NCBI GenBank assembly: GCA_965367815.1 | Contig: CBDUKN010000014.1 | Location: forward strand, 1 to 64,000 | From: an uncultured Thermoprotei archaeon | GTDB taxonomy: Archaea; Thermoproteota; Thermoprotei; Thermofilales; B15-G2 | Reading direction: 5' to 3' | Length of the DNA: 64,000 bases | Part shown: piece after piece, positions 47,023 through 56,760 of the stretch | Position numbering within the stretch: position 1 is the stretch's first letter | Layout of the letters: every line of letters starts with the position of its first letter | Notes under the pieces: generated by a model | Databases searched by the model: none | Told to the model about the DNA's origin: nothing | The model's input: the letters and a program-made list of their open reading frames with translations, nothing else | Made by a program: the position numbers and the translations under genes

Positions 47023-49167
47023 TTACTTTTGCTCGAACTCTACGTGCCACTTAACTTTACCCGATGTGCTGCGCCTTAAAGTTACTACAAGCAGTTTTCC
47101 ATCTACTCTCTGCTCGATTTCGGCACCTTGAGCTACTGCTTCTACACAATCATATTTTTCTCCATTCCAGTCGATTAAGAAGCGTATCTCGTAGGGGTCT
47201 CCTCCTACTACTAGACTTTCGCCTGTAATAGTTCTTCCTTCCTTATCCCACTCAAGGCTTACTACGTCAGGATATCCTTGGGTTATGTGGCGGTTCGTAC
47301 CTATAAACAGCGGCAGGCGCTCCAGCGGACGTATACAGAAGACCTTACAGGACTCTGGTTTAAGCTCTACGACTAATTTCTCGCCTAGCTCTCCTAGAAG
47401 CTTTTTCTCCCAAACTTCGTAGACTATGTAGCGTCCTGGAGGCAGACTTAGCATCTCGGGAGTAATCTCGACTTTAGCAGGGTATTCTTTAAACCATCTG
47501 AAAACCCCTACTACGTCCCAACGCCCCCACTTTGTAGCTACCTTTAGATCCCATATCTGAGGATATGGTCCCTCGGGATTTCGCGGAAACAGATCCATTG
47601 GCCTTATAGGCTGCGGTGGAAGTATTCTCTTCAAAAGCTCTACTCTCTCAGGCGGCAGTTCAGGCATATTGTCGGAAACCATGAGAACTTGTCCGCTTAG
47701 CCCCAAGAGACTAGCCCAGGCTTTAGCCGCCTCGTAGTGTAGCGGAGGCCTCACCATTATTACGTCTGGGTCACAGTACCAGACAATGGTGTGCATCCAG
47801 TAGTTAGAAAACGTGGCTCTTAAAGCGTTAAGAAAACACACAGCACCCTCTTTAAGCTTAGCGGGAGAAACATCGGTTCCAGTTCTACAGGTGTCTCCGT
47901 AGCCCATTGCTCTCCACTGAGTAGCGCAGATCAGTATTACTCGCTTAGGTCCGACAACCCTCCTTATAGTCTCCAGGAGCCTTCTGTATACTTCATCAGG
48001 TGTCGGCGAGTAGTCGTGGAGACTTTTTCTGCACAGCGCGTACCATTGGTGCATTTCGCCTTGACCGTCGAGCTTAAAGTACTCTATACCCCACTCATGA
48101 GCCATAACTCTCATAGTCTTCTCAATCCACTCAGACTTAACCTCAGGATTCGTGGGGTCTACGTATGGATAGTTGGCAAAACCTCTGAAAACTTCTCCGT
48201 CAGGCTTCCTAATGAACCAGTCTGGCTTTTCTTCCAGAAGCTTAGTGTCTACTTTCCCTACGGCTTGAGGTAATAGCCATATTCCGGGTTTAAGCCCCTT
48301 GCTCCTTATATACTGTGCTAGCCACTTACCGCCTCTTGGGAACTTCTTTTTATCCCAGTTGAGCCAAGTTTCACCCTGATAGCCGTCATCAAGTTGAACA
48401 TACTCTAAGCCGAAGGACTTGAGGTGCTCAGCGAGCCAGTCAGTGTTAGCTACCACTGCCTCCTCTGTTACTTCTTTGCCGAAATAGTACCAAGAACACC
48501 AGCCTGCAGGTGGGCGCGGGTGACAGCTCAGGTCATAGGGCTTGTAGTAGGGCATGCCGAGGTGCTCTGCCACGTAGTGCTCTATGACTTCACCGGCTAT
48601 TATCTCCGGTATAACGCCGAACTGTGTCTTGATTTCTGCTTCGACTTCAAAAGACTTGCCATCAATTAGCGAGCGTATACGCAAACTGCCCCAAGAACTA
48701 AGCCTCAGAACTCTGTCGTTCCATTTATCGAAGATAGAGTCGCATAGAAGACTATCAGCAGGCCCTAGCGCTGCCTGAACTACGTTTTCGTAGCGTCTAG
48801 GCTCAATACGACACAAGTAAGGCTCCTTCCCCCAGTAAACTTTCCCCCTAATTCTGAAAGTAAACGGCTTCCTTGGATAAAGACGAAAGGATATCCTCTT
48901 AGACCCACAGTGTACTTCCAGCAAGACGTCTGTAGGGCCTTCGCCGACAGGCTTGAGCCTAAGTATATGTATGCGCCAAGTCCCTGCACCTGTAGACACT
49001 TCATAAGGTTCGCCGAAAGGCTCTAAAGAAAATTCGACGTTTAGGTCTCTTGCAGACCCTTCAAGTCTTAATCCTTTGAGAACAACTTGATCACAATATA
49101 GACAGTCTACTGCACCATTTTTTAACGCTACATGCCAGTAACTCACTTTCCCACATAAATTGCTCAA
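47023..49167 (-). CDS. GH36/GH27-type alpha-galactosidase (clan GH-D)
   Basis: GWCSWY, YVQLDDGYQ, KFP.G, G.KPGIW, YFKLDG, RTG.D, DPD. Confidence 0.88.
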   Translation of the reverse strand: MSNLCGKVSYWHVALKNGAVDCLYCDQVVLKGLRLEGSARDLNVEFSLEPFGEPYEVSTGAGTWRIHILRLKPVGEGPTDVLLEVHCGSKRISFRLYPRKPFTFRIRGKVYWGKEPYLCRIEPRRYENVVQAALGPADSLLCDSIFDKWNDRVLRLSSWGSLRIRSLIDGKSFEVEAEIKTQFGVIPEIIAGEVIEHYVAEHLGMPYYKPYDLSCHPRPPAGWCSWYYFGKEVTEEAVVANTDWLAEHLKSFGLEYVQLDDGYQGETWLNWDKKKFPRGGKWLAQYIRSKGLKPGIWLLPQAVGKVDTKLLEEKPDWFIRKPDGEVFRGFANYPYVDPTNPEVKSEWIEKTMRVMAHEWGIEYFKLDGQGEMHQWYALCRKSLHDYSPTPDEVYRRLLETIRRVVGPKRVILICATQWRAMGYGDTCRTGTDVSPAKLKEGAVCFLNALRATFSNYWMHTIVWYCDPDVIMVRPPLHYEAAKAWASLLGLSGQVLMVSDNMPELPPERVELLKRILPPQPIRPMDLFPRNPEGPYPQIWDLKVATKWGRWDVVGVFRWFKEYPAKVEITPEMLSLPPGRYIVYEVWEKKLLGELGEKLVVELKPESCKVFCIRPLERLPLFIGTNRHITQGYPDVVSLEWDKEGRTITGESLVVGGDPYEIRFLIDWNGEKYDCVEAVAQGAEIEQRVDGKLLVVTLRRSTSGKVKWHVEFEQK

Positions 49168-49272
49168 TTAATTGTGATAAAAGACTTTTGCAGTCAGAGT
49201 TCATTTCTCACAATAATAGTTGAGCTTGAAAGCGATGAAAGTTTTTTATAGTTAATTTACTCCGCATTCAAC

Positions 49273-50271
49273 ATGACAAAAGCACCCAAAGTTAGGGTAC
49301 TTTACTTAGTTATAGACCAATTAGCAGGACACTGGGAAGAACATGTGAAACTCGAAGGATCAGACTTTCCGCCAGTGAACGTTAAAGGCTACCATGAAAA
49401 AGGCCTGATTCCGAACTTCTCTTATCTTATAGAAAACGGACTATGGGTTAAGAGGCCGTGGAATAGAGGGCGCTGTGACACGCCCCATGGAATGAAGTAC
49501 CTGGCTACAGGGTCTTATAGTGAAAAAGGGTGTTATACTCCAAATAAGCCATGGTTTCTCGAAGCCGAGAAAGAGACAGCCTTTTTTGAATATATCAAGA
49601 AATATTACCGAGAGAAAATTAATGTAGGTGTCTTCAGCTGTAGTCCTTGGCTAATTAAAGGTTACTTCTACACACCTGATTCCATCCACGGCCTTGTATC
49701 CGGATACTCGGATGAAATAATGCTCAAAGAGCTTGTATTTCCCTGGATGGAAGATACAGTACCTGAGTGGAATTTAGTACACGTCTACTTACCTGGCATG
49801 GACTCTATATCTAACTGTCCTTCATATGGAGGTGAGTGCTCAGACCCTCGCTCATCCAAGCACTCCTACATGCTTTTTTTAGATCGCCTAGTAGGAGAAA
49901 TAATAAAGTTTCTGAAAGATAAAGGGTTTTGGGAAGAAACCTACTTCATAATTGCATCAGACCACGGATACCACTTAGGCTGTTCAGTTGCCCGCAAAAG
50001 GGGAGTTAAGACCAATAATTGGTGCTGTGACCACCCACCGCCCTGGGACTGCGAGGTATGGAATTTTGAGGAAGATAGACCTACTGGAATATACTCTGGT
50101 GGCCCTAGGCGAACTACTATTATAGTCTCAGGCGGCGCCTTAGAAGAAAAATACAGAGGAAAGGTAATAGAGGAAGCGGAAATAATCGATGTAATTCCCA
50201 CCATAGCGGATATTCTCAAAGTGCCGTACGAGTGCCAGGGCAGGAGCCTCTTCAAATATAAAATGCATTAG
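49273..50271 (+). CDS. Alkaline phosphatase superfamily protein, Cys-rich
   Basis: LVID, CDTP...LATG, SDHG, D..PTIA..L, GRSL. Confidence 0.8.
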   Translation: MTKAPKVRVLYLVIDQLAGHWEEHVKLEGSDFPPVNVKGYHEKGLIPNFSYLIENGLWVKRPWNRGRCDTPHGMKYLATGSYSEKGCYTPNKPWFLEAEKETAFFEYIKKYYREKINVGVFSCSPWLIKGYFYTPDSIHGLVSGYSDEIMLKELVFPWMEDTVPEWNLVHVYLPGMDSISNCPSYGGECSDPRSSKHSYMLFLDRLVGEIIKFLKDKGFWEETYFIIASDHGYHLGCSVARKRGVKTNNWCCDHPPPWDCEVWNFEEDRPTGIYSGGPRRTTIIVSGGALEEKYRGKVIEEAEIIDVIPTIADILKVPYECQGRSLFKYKMH

Positions 50272-50394
50272 TATTTCATTTTACTCAAGAAAAATAAGCT
50301 CACTACAGCTGTTGAAGCAATTATCTAATTGCTTTAAAGTTTTAGTTAAGACCCTCAGCTAACTTTTTAAAGGTATTTACTGAGCTAACATAGG

Positions 50395-51345
50395 CTAAAG
50401 TTCTCTACAGAGTTTAACTTGATTTTTCTTTAAAACAATGTTTTGCTCGCTTACGCCGGCGAGCCTAAGTAGCTCTATGGCATTAGCTAGTCTACCAACT
50501 CTCTTCAGCTCTCCGGGAACATGGGCATCTGTTCCCAAGGAAACTTTTACACCATACTCTCCTATCATCTTGAAGAGTTCTATGAGCTCTGACCAGCTAT
50601 TACTGTCGTCTTTACAGCACACATACTCGTTGTCGACTCTATATTTCACGGGAAGAAAACCATTGTTGACTTCCCATGCTACTCCATTTCTCTTCGCCTC
50701 CAAGAATATTTCTTGCGCAATATCCGGCGGCAGTAAGTCTTCAATTCTATTAATACGCCACTCTTCCCCAGGCCTCAGCTTAATGAAAAACTTTTTCATA
50801 ACTACGATAGGCCACTGAACGGGATGAGCGTAAATGCTGACATACGGGTTCTGCATTAAGGAAAGAGTTGCTTCCTGCCAGTCGGCGATAAGGTCTTCGA
50901 ATTTGAATTTCTTGAGAAAAGTCTGGTATGATGGATTGCCTTTAATATCTCCTACGCTTACTTTTCTCTTCATTTCGCGGGAAAGGCAGCTCCCGCCAGC
51001 TGGAATATGGTGCATTCCGACGAGAAGAAAATCAAGTATCTTGGCTTCCTTGGGCTTGATATCGAGTTCACCGTCCACGGTAAGAATACTAGCCTCTATT
51101 CCTAAAAGAACTTCGACTCCAGGAAACTTCTTTTCTATAGCCTCGATTTCCTTCCTTATTTTACTGCAGTAGTTTTCAATGCTTTTGTAGTGTAGAAGAG
51201 CACTTCCATAGTGTTCTACAATACCTACAAGCCTAACATTCCGCTCTAAAGCAACTTTTACTACATCTTCTACACTACAGCTTCTGTAAGGAGGAAAATC
51301 CTCATGCATGTGAATATGAAGATCAGCTAAGTACTTCAGCTGCAT
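50395..51345 (-). CDS. PHP-domain phosphoesterase
   Basis: DLHIH, GIVEH, LGIE, AHP, EVN, GTDAH. Confidence 0.9.
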   Translation of the reverse strand: MQLKYLADLHIHMHEDFPPYRSCSVEDVVKVALERNVRLVGIVEHYGSALLHYKSIENYCSKIRKEIEAIEKKFPGVEVLLGIEASILTVDGELDIKPKEAKILDFLLVGMHHIPAGGSCLSREMKRKVSVGDIKGNPSYQTFLKKFKFEDLIADWQEATLSLMQNPYVSIYAHPVQWPIVVMKKFFIKLRPGEEWRINRIEDLLPPDIAQEIFLEAKRNGVAWEVNNGFLPVKYRVDNEYVCCKDDSNSWSELIELFKMIGEYGVKVSLGTDAHVPGELKRVGRLANAIELLRLAGVSEQNIVLKKNQVKLCREL

Positions 51346-51508
51346 TCAGAAGTATTTCGCTCAATCTTCTTTTATATTGATTTCGCGAAATCATCGACTT
51401 TAAACTATAGTAAGCTCTATCTCATTAAATATCCTCAGGAAATCTATACTGCGTCTTTTATAGCCTTGCCTAACAACTCGACCGAGAAGTATCTGCTTAC
51501 TCCCTTGA

Positions 51509-52702
51509 TTATACAGGCTTTTTGTACGCGAAAAAGAAAAGAATCCCTCTTAGAGCCTCTATAAAGTATTTGAATGCTTTGAAAGGACTTTTATAAGGAT
51601 TAAAATAGCCGTGAACCATGCCAGCAGGACCTGGTTTAATAGACATATAATAGAAGTGATCAGACATAAGAAGCATGCGCCACAGCTTGTCGCATCTATT
51701 TTCCTCAAATACTTGTCTCGCCTTCATGAGGTCTTCGAATGAAATTTTCTGCATTTCGTTTCCGAGCCAGGCAGACTCGTCTTTCTCCCTATCAGCCCAT
51801 GAAACCACATCCTTGAAGGAGAGCTCGTCAACAGGCTCAAAGTATTCTAATACCTCACTTGGATGAAGTAGCTCTACACCTTTTTTCTCAAGCTCTCTTG
51901 GAAGCCACTTTAGAAAATTCAAAATACCTGTCTCCTTGGAAAAATGTTCCCCGAAAGTCTCCATATCGAAGCCTATGACTACGAAATCCCCAGAGAGATT
52001 TTTTACCCAAGTAGTGTACTTTTCTGCTGTAAGGGGGTATTCACGCCAGAACTTATCGCTGAATCTGAACCCTATGTCGTCTGAGAGCCAGTAGTGCCTC
52101 AAGAGAAACTTCAAATTAGTTTTAGGCGCAGAGTAAAGAAAAGTAGTGTTTCTCCAGCCTAGAATTCTCTCAACACCCTCAGTTATAATCGCACTAAAGC
52201 CTAAGTCCTCCAGTAGATTAGCTAGAGAGTCTGCATAGAGCCCCTCGGTGTTAAACGCTATCTTAGGCTCCACACCAAAGATTTTCTTGATAATCCTGCA
52301 TGAATCCTCTAGTTCTCTGCAAAACACGTATTCTCCAGCAAACATTGCCAAGGAGTGATGATAAGGCTCACACAAGAACTCTATTAGACCTTTAGAGGAA
52401 GCCCTCTTTAGAGCATTGACGACTTTCGGTTTATACCTTCCTAAAAACTCCAAAAGGATGCCTGATAAGGACAAAGCTATCTTCATTTCCTCTTCGACTA
52501 TTACGTCCAGCGTTGGCAAGTAACAGTTATTGGCTACACGGTCAAGAATCTCTTTGTCAAGCTTCTCGTCGAATATCGAACTAATTAGAGAGCCTTCTCT
52601 TATGTTTTTACGCTCTACTAGACTCAGCAAATTTTTGAAAACTTCTTCACTAATCCTTCTCGGCTGGTGCATTTCCATAAATATAGTTAAATACCGAACC
52701 AT
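51509..52702 (-). CDS. GH57 alpha-amylase
   Basis: EMHQP, CYLP, PYHHSL, FNTE, LSDDIGFRFS, DMETFGEH, SDHFYYM. Confidence 0.93.
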   Translation of the reverse strand: MVRYLTIFMEMHQPRRISEEVFKNLLSLVERKNIREGSLISSIFDEKLDKEILDRVANNCYLPTLDVIVEEEMKIALSLSGILLEFLGRYKPKVVNALKRASSKGLIEFLCEPYHHSLAMFAGEYVFCRELEDSCRIIKKIFGVEPKIAFNTEGLYADSLANLLEDLGFSAIITEGVERILGWRNTTFLYSAPKTNLKFLLRHYWLSDDIGFRFSDKFWREYPLTAEKYTTWVKNLSGDFVVIGFDMETFGEHFSKETGILNFLKWLPRELEKKGVELLHPSEVLEYFEPVDELSFKDVVSWADREKDESAWLGNEMQKISFEDLMKARQVFEENRCDKLWRMLLMSDHFYYMSIKPGPAGMVHGYFNPYKSPFKAFKYFIEALRGILFFFAYKKPV

Positions 52703-52843
52703 TTACATCACAATCAGATATTTAATTTTTACTCGCAACTAAACTAATAATCTTATCGCTCAAAGACATTCATGATCGGAAACAGAATACAGAGCGTAGA
52801 GCTTTGAGCTACAGTAATAGATGTGTCCTATGGATCAACCTTA

Positions 52844-54061
52844 CTAGGATAATGCCTTTACTTCCCAAAGGTGTTTCCAGTCCCTCTTGCTGACCTCCTT
52901 CAATACAGACCTGTATATCCCTAAAGTAAAACGAGCTATTTTATCCCATGTGTAAAGATTTCTTATCTTCTTCCTAGCGTTGACGCTCATACTGTTTCTC
53001 AAGTCAACATTATCAAGAAGCTGAGCTATTCTTTCAGCTATTTCACAAGGATTTAGAAAGACCTTAAAACCCTCAACTCCGTGTTCTACTACCTCATTTG
53101 GTCCTCCGTAGTTTGGTACAATAACCGGTAAGCCGCAGGCCATTGCCTCGAGAACAGCTATTCCGAAGGGCTCATATCTGCTAGGAAAAACGCCTACGTA
53201 AGACACTTTCATTAGTGAAAAAAGCTCGTTATCATCTATTCGCCCAGTGAAATATACCTTATTCTCTAATCCGTACTTGTAAACCATCGATATCAAATAC
53301 TCTCTCATAGGTCCATCTCCCGCGATTACCAGCTTTATGTCATCCCTCTTAGACTTGTTCACCAAGATATTGAAAGCCTCAATTAAGAGATCAAGACCTT
53401 TTTCGTAAACGAGGCGTCCAACAAACATAATTATTTTCTCATGAGGAAGAGCGTACTTCTCCTTAAAGCCTGAACCAGGACTCGATGTCTCGATATCCTC
53501 CAGCTCAATAGCGTTAGGTATCTTAATGATTTTTTCAGGAAGCAGCATGAATACCCTGCTCACTTCTCTCATCATGTAGTCGCTGCAGACTATCACTTTC
53601 CATGCCTCATAAGTTACCCGCCACTCCCAGTCGTGAATAATCTTCTGGTCTTCAGTCCATATTCCGCCTCTACGTCCAATCTCTGTAGAGTGAATTGTCG
53701 CTATAAGGGGTACCTTTAAGACATGTTTTAGAGTTATTCCGGTATATGCAGTTAACCAGTCATGTACGTGTATTATGTCAGGTTTACCCTCTTTTTTTGA
53801 TAAGTCAATAGCCTTAGTTAACATTAAGTAATTGAAGTTTAAGACCCATGTAATGAAATTAGAAGATCGTAGAGTAAATGGATTGACTCTATAAACTTTT
53901 ACACCATCTATAACTTCTTCGCTTACCTCCCCCAGACTAGTAGTGATTACACTGATATCTGCTCCAAGCCTCGCCAAGTACTTAGTTAAGTAGTATACGT
54001 GTCTTCCGAGCCCACCTACGATGCTGGGAGGATACTCCCAAGAAAAATGCAGAACCTTCAT
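52844..54061 (-). CDS. GT4 glycosyltransferase (glycogen synthase-type)
   Basis: WEYPP..VGGLG.HV, HVHDW, TIHSTE.GR, GRLVYEKG, YEPFGI.VLEAM. Confidence 0.9.
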   Translation of the reverse strand: MKVLHFSWEYPPSIVGGLGRHVYYLTKYLARLGADISVITTSLGEVSEEVIDGVKVYRVNPFTLRSSNFITWVLNFNYLMLTKAIDLSKKEGKPDIIHVHDWLTAYTGITLKHVLKVPLIATIHSTEIGRRGGIWTEDQKIIHDWEWRVTYEAWKVIVCSDYMMREVSRVFMLLPEKIIKIPNAIELEDIETSSPGSGFKEKYALPHEKIIMFVGRLVYEKGLDLLIEAFNILVNKSKRDDIKLVIAGDGPMREYLISMVYKYGLENKVYFTGRIDDNELFSLMKVSYVGVFPSRYEPFGIAVLEAMACGLPVIVPNYGGPNEVVEHGVEGFKVFLNPCEIAERIAQLLDNVDLRNSMSVNARKKIRNLYTWDKIARFTLGIYRSVLKEVSKRDWKHLWEVKALS

Positions 54062-54666
54062 GTAGTAGCACCTACAATCTTAAGGTAGAGTTTTTGAACG
54101 TCTTTGACGGCATTGCATTTAATCACTTTTTCACCGAAGCATTTATATAAATCATTAGAGAGGTCTTCATGATGACATAAGATATAATCGGCTTCTTCCA
54201 GCAAGCAATTTTCAATACTCTCAATGACAAAGCTCAGCATATTATCCATGCTCGACCTTGTACGCTCCAAAGAGTATATACTTAGAACGAAAGGGTTTCT
54301 GAAGGCTCTAGCTAAGACTAAAGCTATCATTCCTCCGATCCACTCGTGGCCGTGAACAACTGTGAAACCGCTATAGGGTAAAAGGTATGGAAGCTTAATT
54401 AATGCTTCGTAAACGAGTTCATGAGAATATACTATGAAATTTTTCCTCAAATATCCGGTGTCGCGAAACATGTATACTTCAATGCCATTATCCGTATACT
54501 TCTTATTCTCGGGACCTGGGTGAACGACAGCTAATTTGCAGAAATCCCGTAGACTCCTAACAAGCTCCTGGACTTTCCACGCTAGTTGACCGATTATTCG
54601 GTAAGGAGGGTACTCCCAGGAAACATGCAGAGCAGTTATCATAGTAATCCCTTTAGCAGAAGACAC
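54058..54666 (-). CDS. Stand-alone GT4 N-terminal domain protein
   Basis: WEYPP, VHGHEW, SIYSLE..R; lacks the C-terminal donor-binding domain. Confidence 0.7.
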   Translation of the reverse strand: MSSAKGITMITALHVSWEYPPYRIIGQLAWKVQELVRSLRDFCKLAVVHPGPENKKYTDNGIEVYMFRDTGYLRKNFIVYSHELVYEALIKLPYLLPYSGFTVVHGHEWIGGMIALVLARAFRNPFVLSIYSLERTRSSMDNMLSFVIESIENCLLEEADYILCHHEDLSNDLYKCFGEKVIKCNAVKDVQKLYLKIVGATT

Positions 54667-54889
54667 TACTTAACTTGAAAATGGCGCGTCTAGTTAAGTA
54701 CACTCTCTCGTTTTCAGTGATAACATAGCCTAAAGAACTCAGTTCTTCCAATAGTTGTTTAAGTTCGTCTTTAAGTAAACCCGTAAATTTGGATAGAGAT
54801 GTAAGTGAAACTGCTTTATCTTTATTGACAGCGGATAATGAAAACAAGACGTTAAGAATCATCATTACCCGCGACTCAAAACTTCCCAT
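54653..54889 (-). CDS. Small winged-helix protein
   Basis: LS..TGL...EL..LL.EL...GYV......YLT..; coupled to the GT4 genes. Confidence 0.65.
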   Translation of the reverse strand: MGSFESRVMMILNVLFSLSAVNKDKAVSLTSLSKFTGLLKDELKQLLEELSSLGYVITENERVYLTRRAIFKLSSVFC

Positions 54890-54977
54890 GTCTAGACACC
54901 AAATATACTTCGCTTATTTAAATAAAATTTATTTACATATAAAGTTTTATATTTTGTGCATACCACTGGTGATTTCA

Positions 54978-56747
54978 TTGAAGGTTGCTTTAAGTCTTAG
55001 CGATGTTGTTTACTATCCAAACGAAGAAGTTTACTTTAAGATAACTATTAAAGGCGCTTTGGGAGGAGAAAAGATGCTCTTTAAAGTGATAAAAGACTCT
55101 GTACAGGAGGTTTTTTCTCAAGACTACCACGTGATGCCATACGAAAGTTTTATCGAAGATTCTGTAGAAAACTTAGAAGAAGGCTTCTATGAAGCTCAAG
55201 TATTGTGGAGTAACAGCGTAGTCTCTCTTCCTTTCGTTGTTATATCTCCTGAGAAAGTTAAGGGAAAACTGCTTACAGTGTTCCATAACCACCAAGCTAT
55301 AAACAAGCATCCCAACGGAGTATACCATGGCTCTTGGGCATTCACGCATACCTGGGAGGATGAATTTAAACCATACTACCTAGGAGGAGTGTACTTTCTT
55401 CACACTTTCCTCTTAAGAAGACTTCCTGTCAGAACATGTTTTAACTTATCGCCGAGTCTCCTCGTGCAGTGGAGAGAATTGCTTGAAAAAGGAGTTTTAC
55501 TAGAGTTTGGTAGCTACGTGGAGTATATTTCGCCAGAAAGCAAGCGAGCTCAAATAGTTAAAGGTACTCTGAATAGCTATAAGAGATTATGCGAGGAGAA
55601 CGTAGTCGAAGTATTTTCGAGCTTCTTTGCACACCCAATAGCAGGGTTCATAATTGATTACTATGGCTGGCTAGACATAATTGAAAAGGAAATAAAGCTA
55701 GGAGCTAAGACTACAGAAGATATTTTAGGAGTTAAGGCTAGGGGGTTCTGGCTTCCTGAACTTTTCTTCTCGATGAGGCTCATTCCTTTAATTTCTAAGT
55801 ACGGATTTGAGTACACTATCTTAGATGCCCTCAATCATTTTGTTGAGGCCCGGGGGGATAAGGGGACTCCTTACGAGCCTTACAGAGTCAGATATAATGG
55901 TGAAGAAATAGTAGTGTTTTTTAGAAATACAGAGCTTTCAGACTATTTAAGCTTTCAAGTAAATAAAGCTAGAAATCTGCAGGAAGCAGAAGCTGTTGCC
56001 CGAGAATACGTGTTAAAAATATTGAAAACTATGATTGGAAGCGAAGATAAAGTAGTCACCGTCGCGCTGGATGGAGAAAACTGGATGATACTTCCACAGC
56101 CCTCGCCTGAGGCTGCAGTAGCATACGAGAAAATTTTAACATACATTCTGTCTTGTGAGAAGAAAGGTTACTTCAGAACAATCTTGGCTAAAGAGGTTGC
56201 CAATTTAGCCGAAAGAGAGCTTACAAAAATACCGACAACCACGTGGCTGGGAAGTATAGCTAAGTGGACTAGCGAGAAACATTCTATTCAAAGTAAACTC
56301 TGGAGCCTCGCCGAGCGAGGCTATAGCTACTTCAAAGTATACGAAGAAATTTTTGATCAAAGAGAAGAACTTAGCTACTTAGTTTACTGTATGATGCAAA
56401 TACTTGATAGCGACATGTACTGGACGGAATTCATTAACGAAGAACACATTACCTCATGGTATGCTGAGCTTTCGAGGATAGCCTTATCGAGAATTAATTC
56501 ATTAAGAATAAAAGGTATCAGAAAAATGAATGATAAAATAGTTATAAAGATTGAAAGCCCTTGCGACGGAAAAATTATACTTGAGGTATTCTCCAACAGT
56601 ACTAGAGCTTCACGGAAACTTATTGAGCTGAAGAGTGGAAATAACTTCGTAGAAGAGGCTGTTCGGGGAAAACTCGTCGAAGTCAGGCTCGTGACCCCCT
56701 CATCCCTCCGCTTAATACGAAAACCTGTACGCGCTGTACACGAGTAG
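54978..56747 (+). CDS. GH57 amylopullulanase-like glycoside hydrolase (start taken as TTG 54978)
   Basis: HNHQ, NLSPSLL.Q, AHPI, GFWLPE, LSD, VALDGEN, DSD.YW; GGTGA SD before 54978. Confidence 0.88.
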   Translation: MKVALSLSDVVYYPNEEVYFKITIKGALGGEKMLFKVIKDSVQEVFSQDYHVMPYESFIEDSVENLEEGFYEAQVLWSNSVVSLPFVVISPEKVKGKLLTVFHNHQAINKHPNGVYHGSWAFTHTWEDEFKPYYLGGVYFLHTFLLRRLPVRTCFNLSPSLLVQWRELLEKGVLLEFGSYVEYISPESKRAQIVKGTLNSYKRLCEENVVEVFSSFFAHPIAGFIIDYYGWLDIIEKEIKLGAKTTEDILGVKARGFWLPELFFSMRLIPLISKYGFEYTILDALNHFVEARGDKGTPYEPYRVRYNGEEIVVFFRNTELSDYLSFQVNKARNLQEAEAVAREYVLKILKTMIGSEDKVVTVALDGENWMILPQPSPEAAVAYEKILTYILSCEKKGYFRTILAKEVANLAERELTKIPTTTWLGSIAKWTSEKHSIQSKLWSLAERGYSYFKVYEEIFDQREELSYLVYCMMQILDSDMYWTEFINEEHITSWYAELSRIALSRINSLRIKGIRKMNDKIVIKIESPCDGKIILEVFSNSTRASRKLIELKSGNNFVEEAVRGKLVEVRLVTPSSLRLIRKPVRAVHE

Positions 56748-56760
56748 GTGATGTGCGTCG

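Noticed and set aside
49165-49185. TrmB-type TGM operator half-sites (GTGATA) near sugar genes
   Set aside because: Only isolated half-sites; no TATCAC-N5-GTGATA pair
52760-52845. Possible glycosyltransferase remnant (KVDP*DT...) between GT4 and GH57
   Set aside because: Too short to support homology
54789-54977. N-terminal extensions of track ORFs (54789, also 34277, 35127, 43499, 14420)
   Set aside because: They overlap divergent genes, promoters or operators; downstream starts fit SD motifs and family N-termini better
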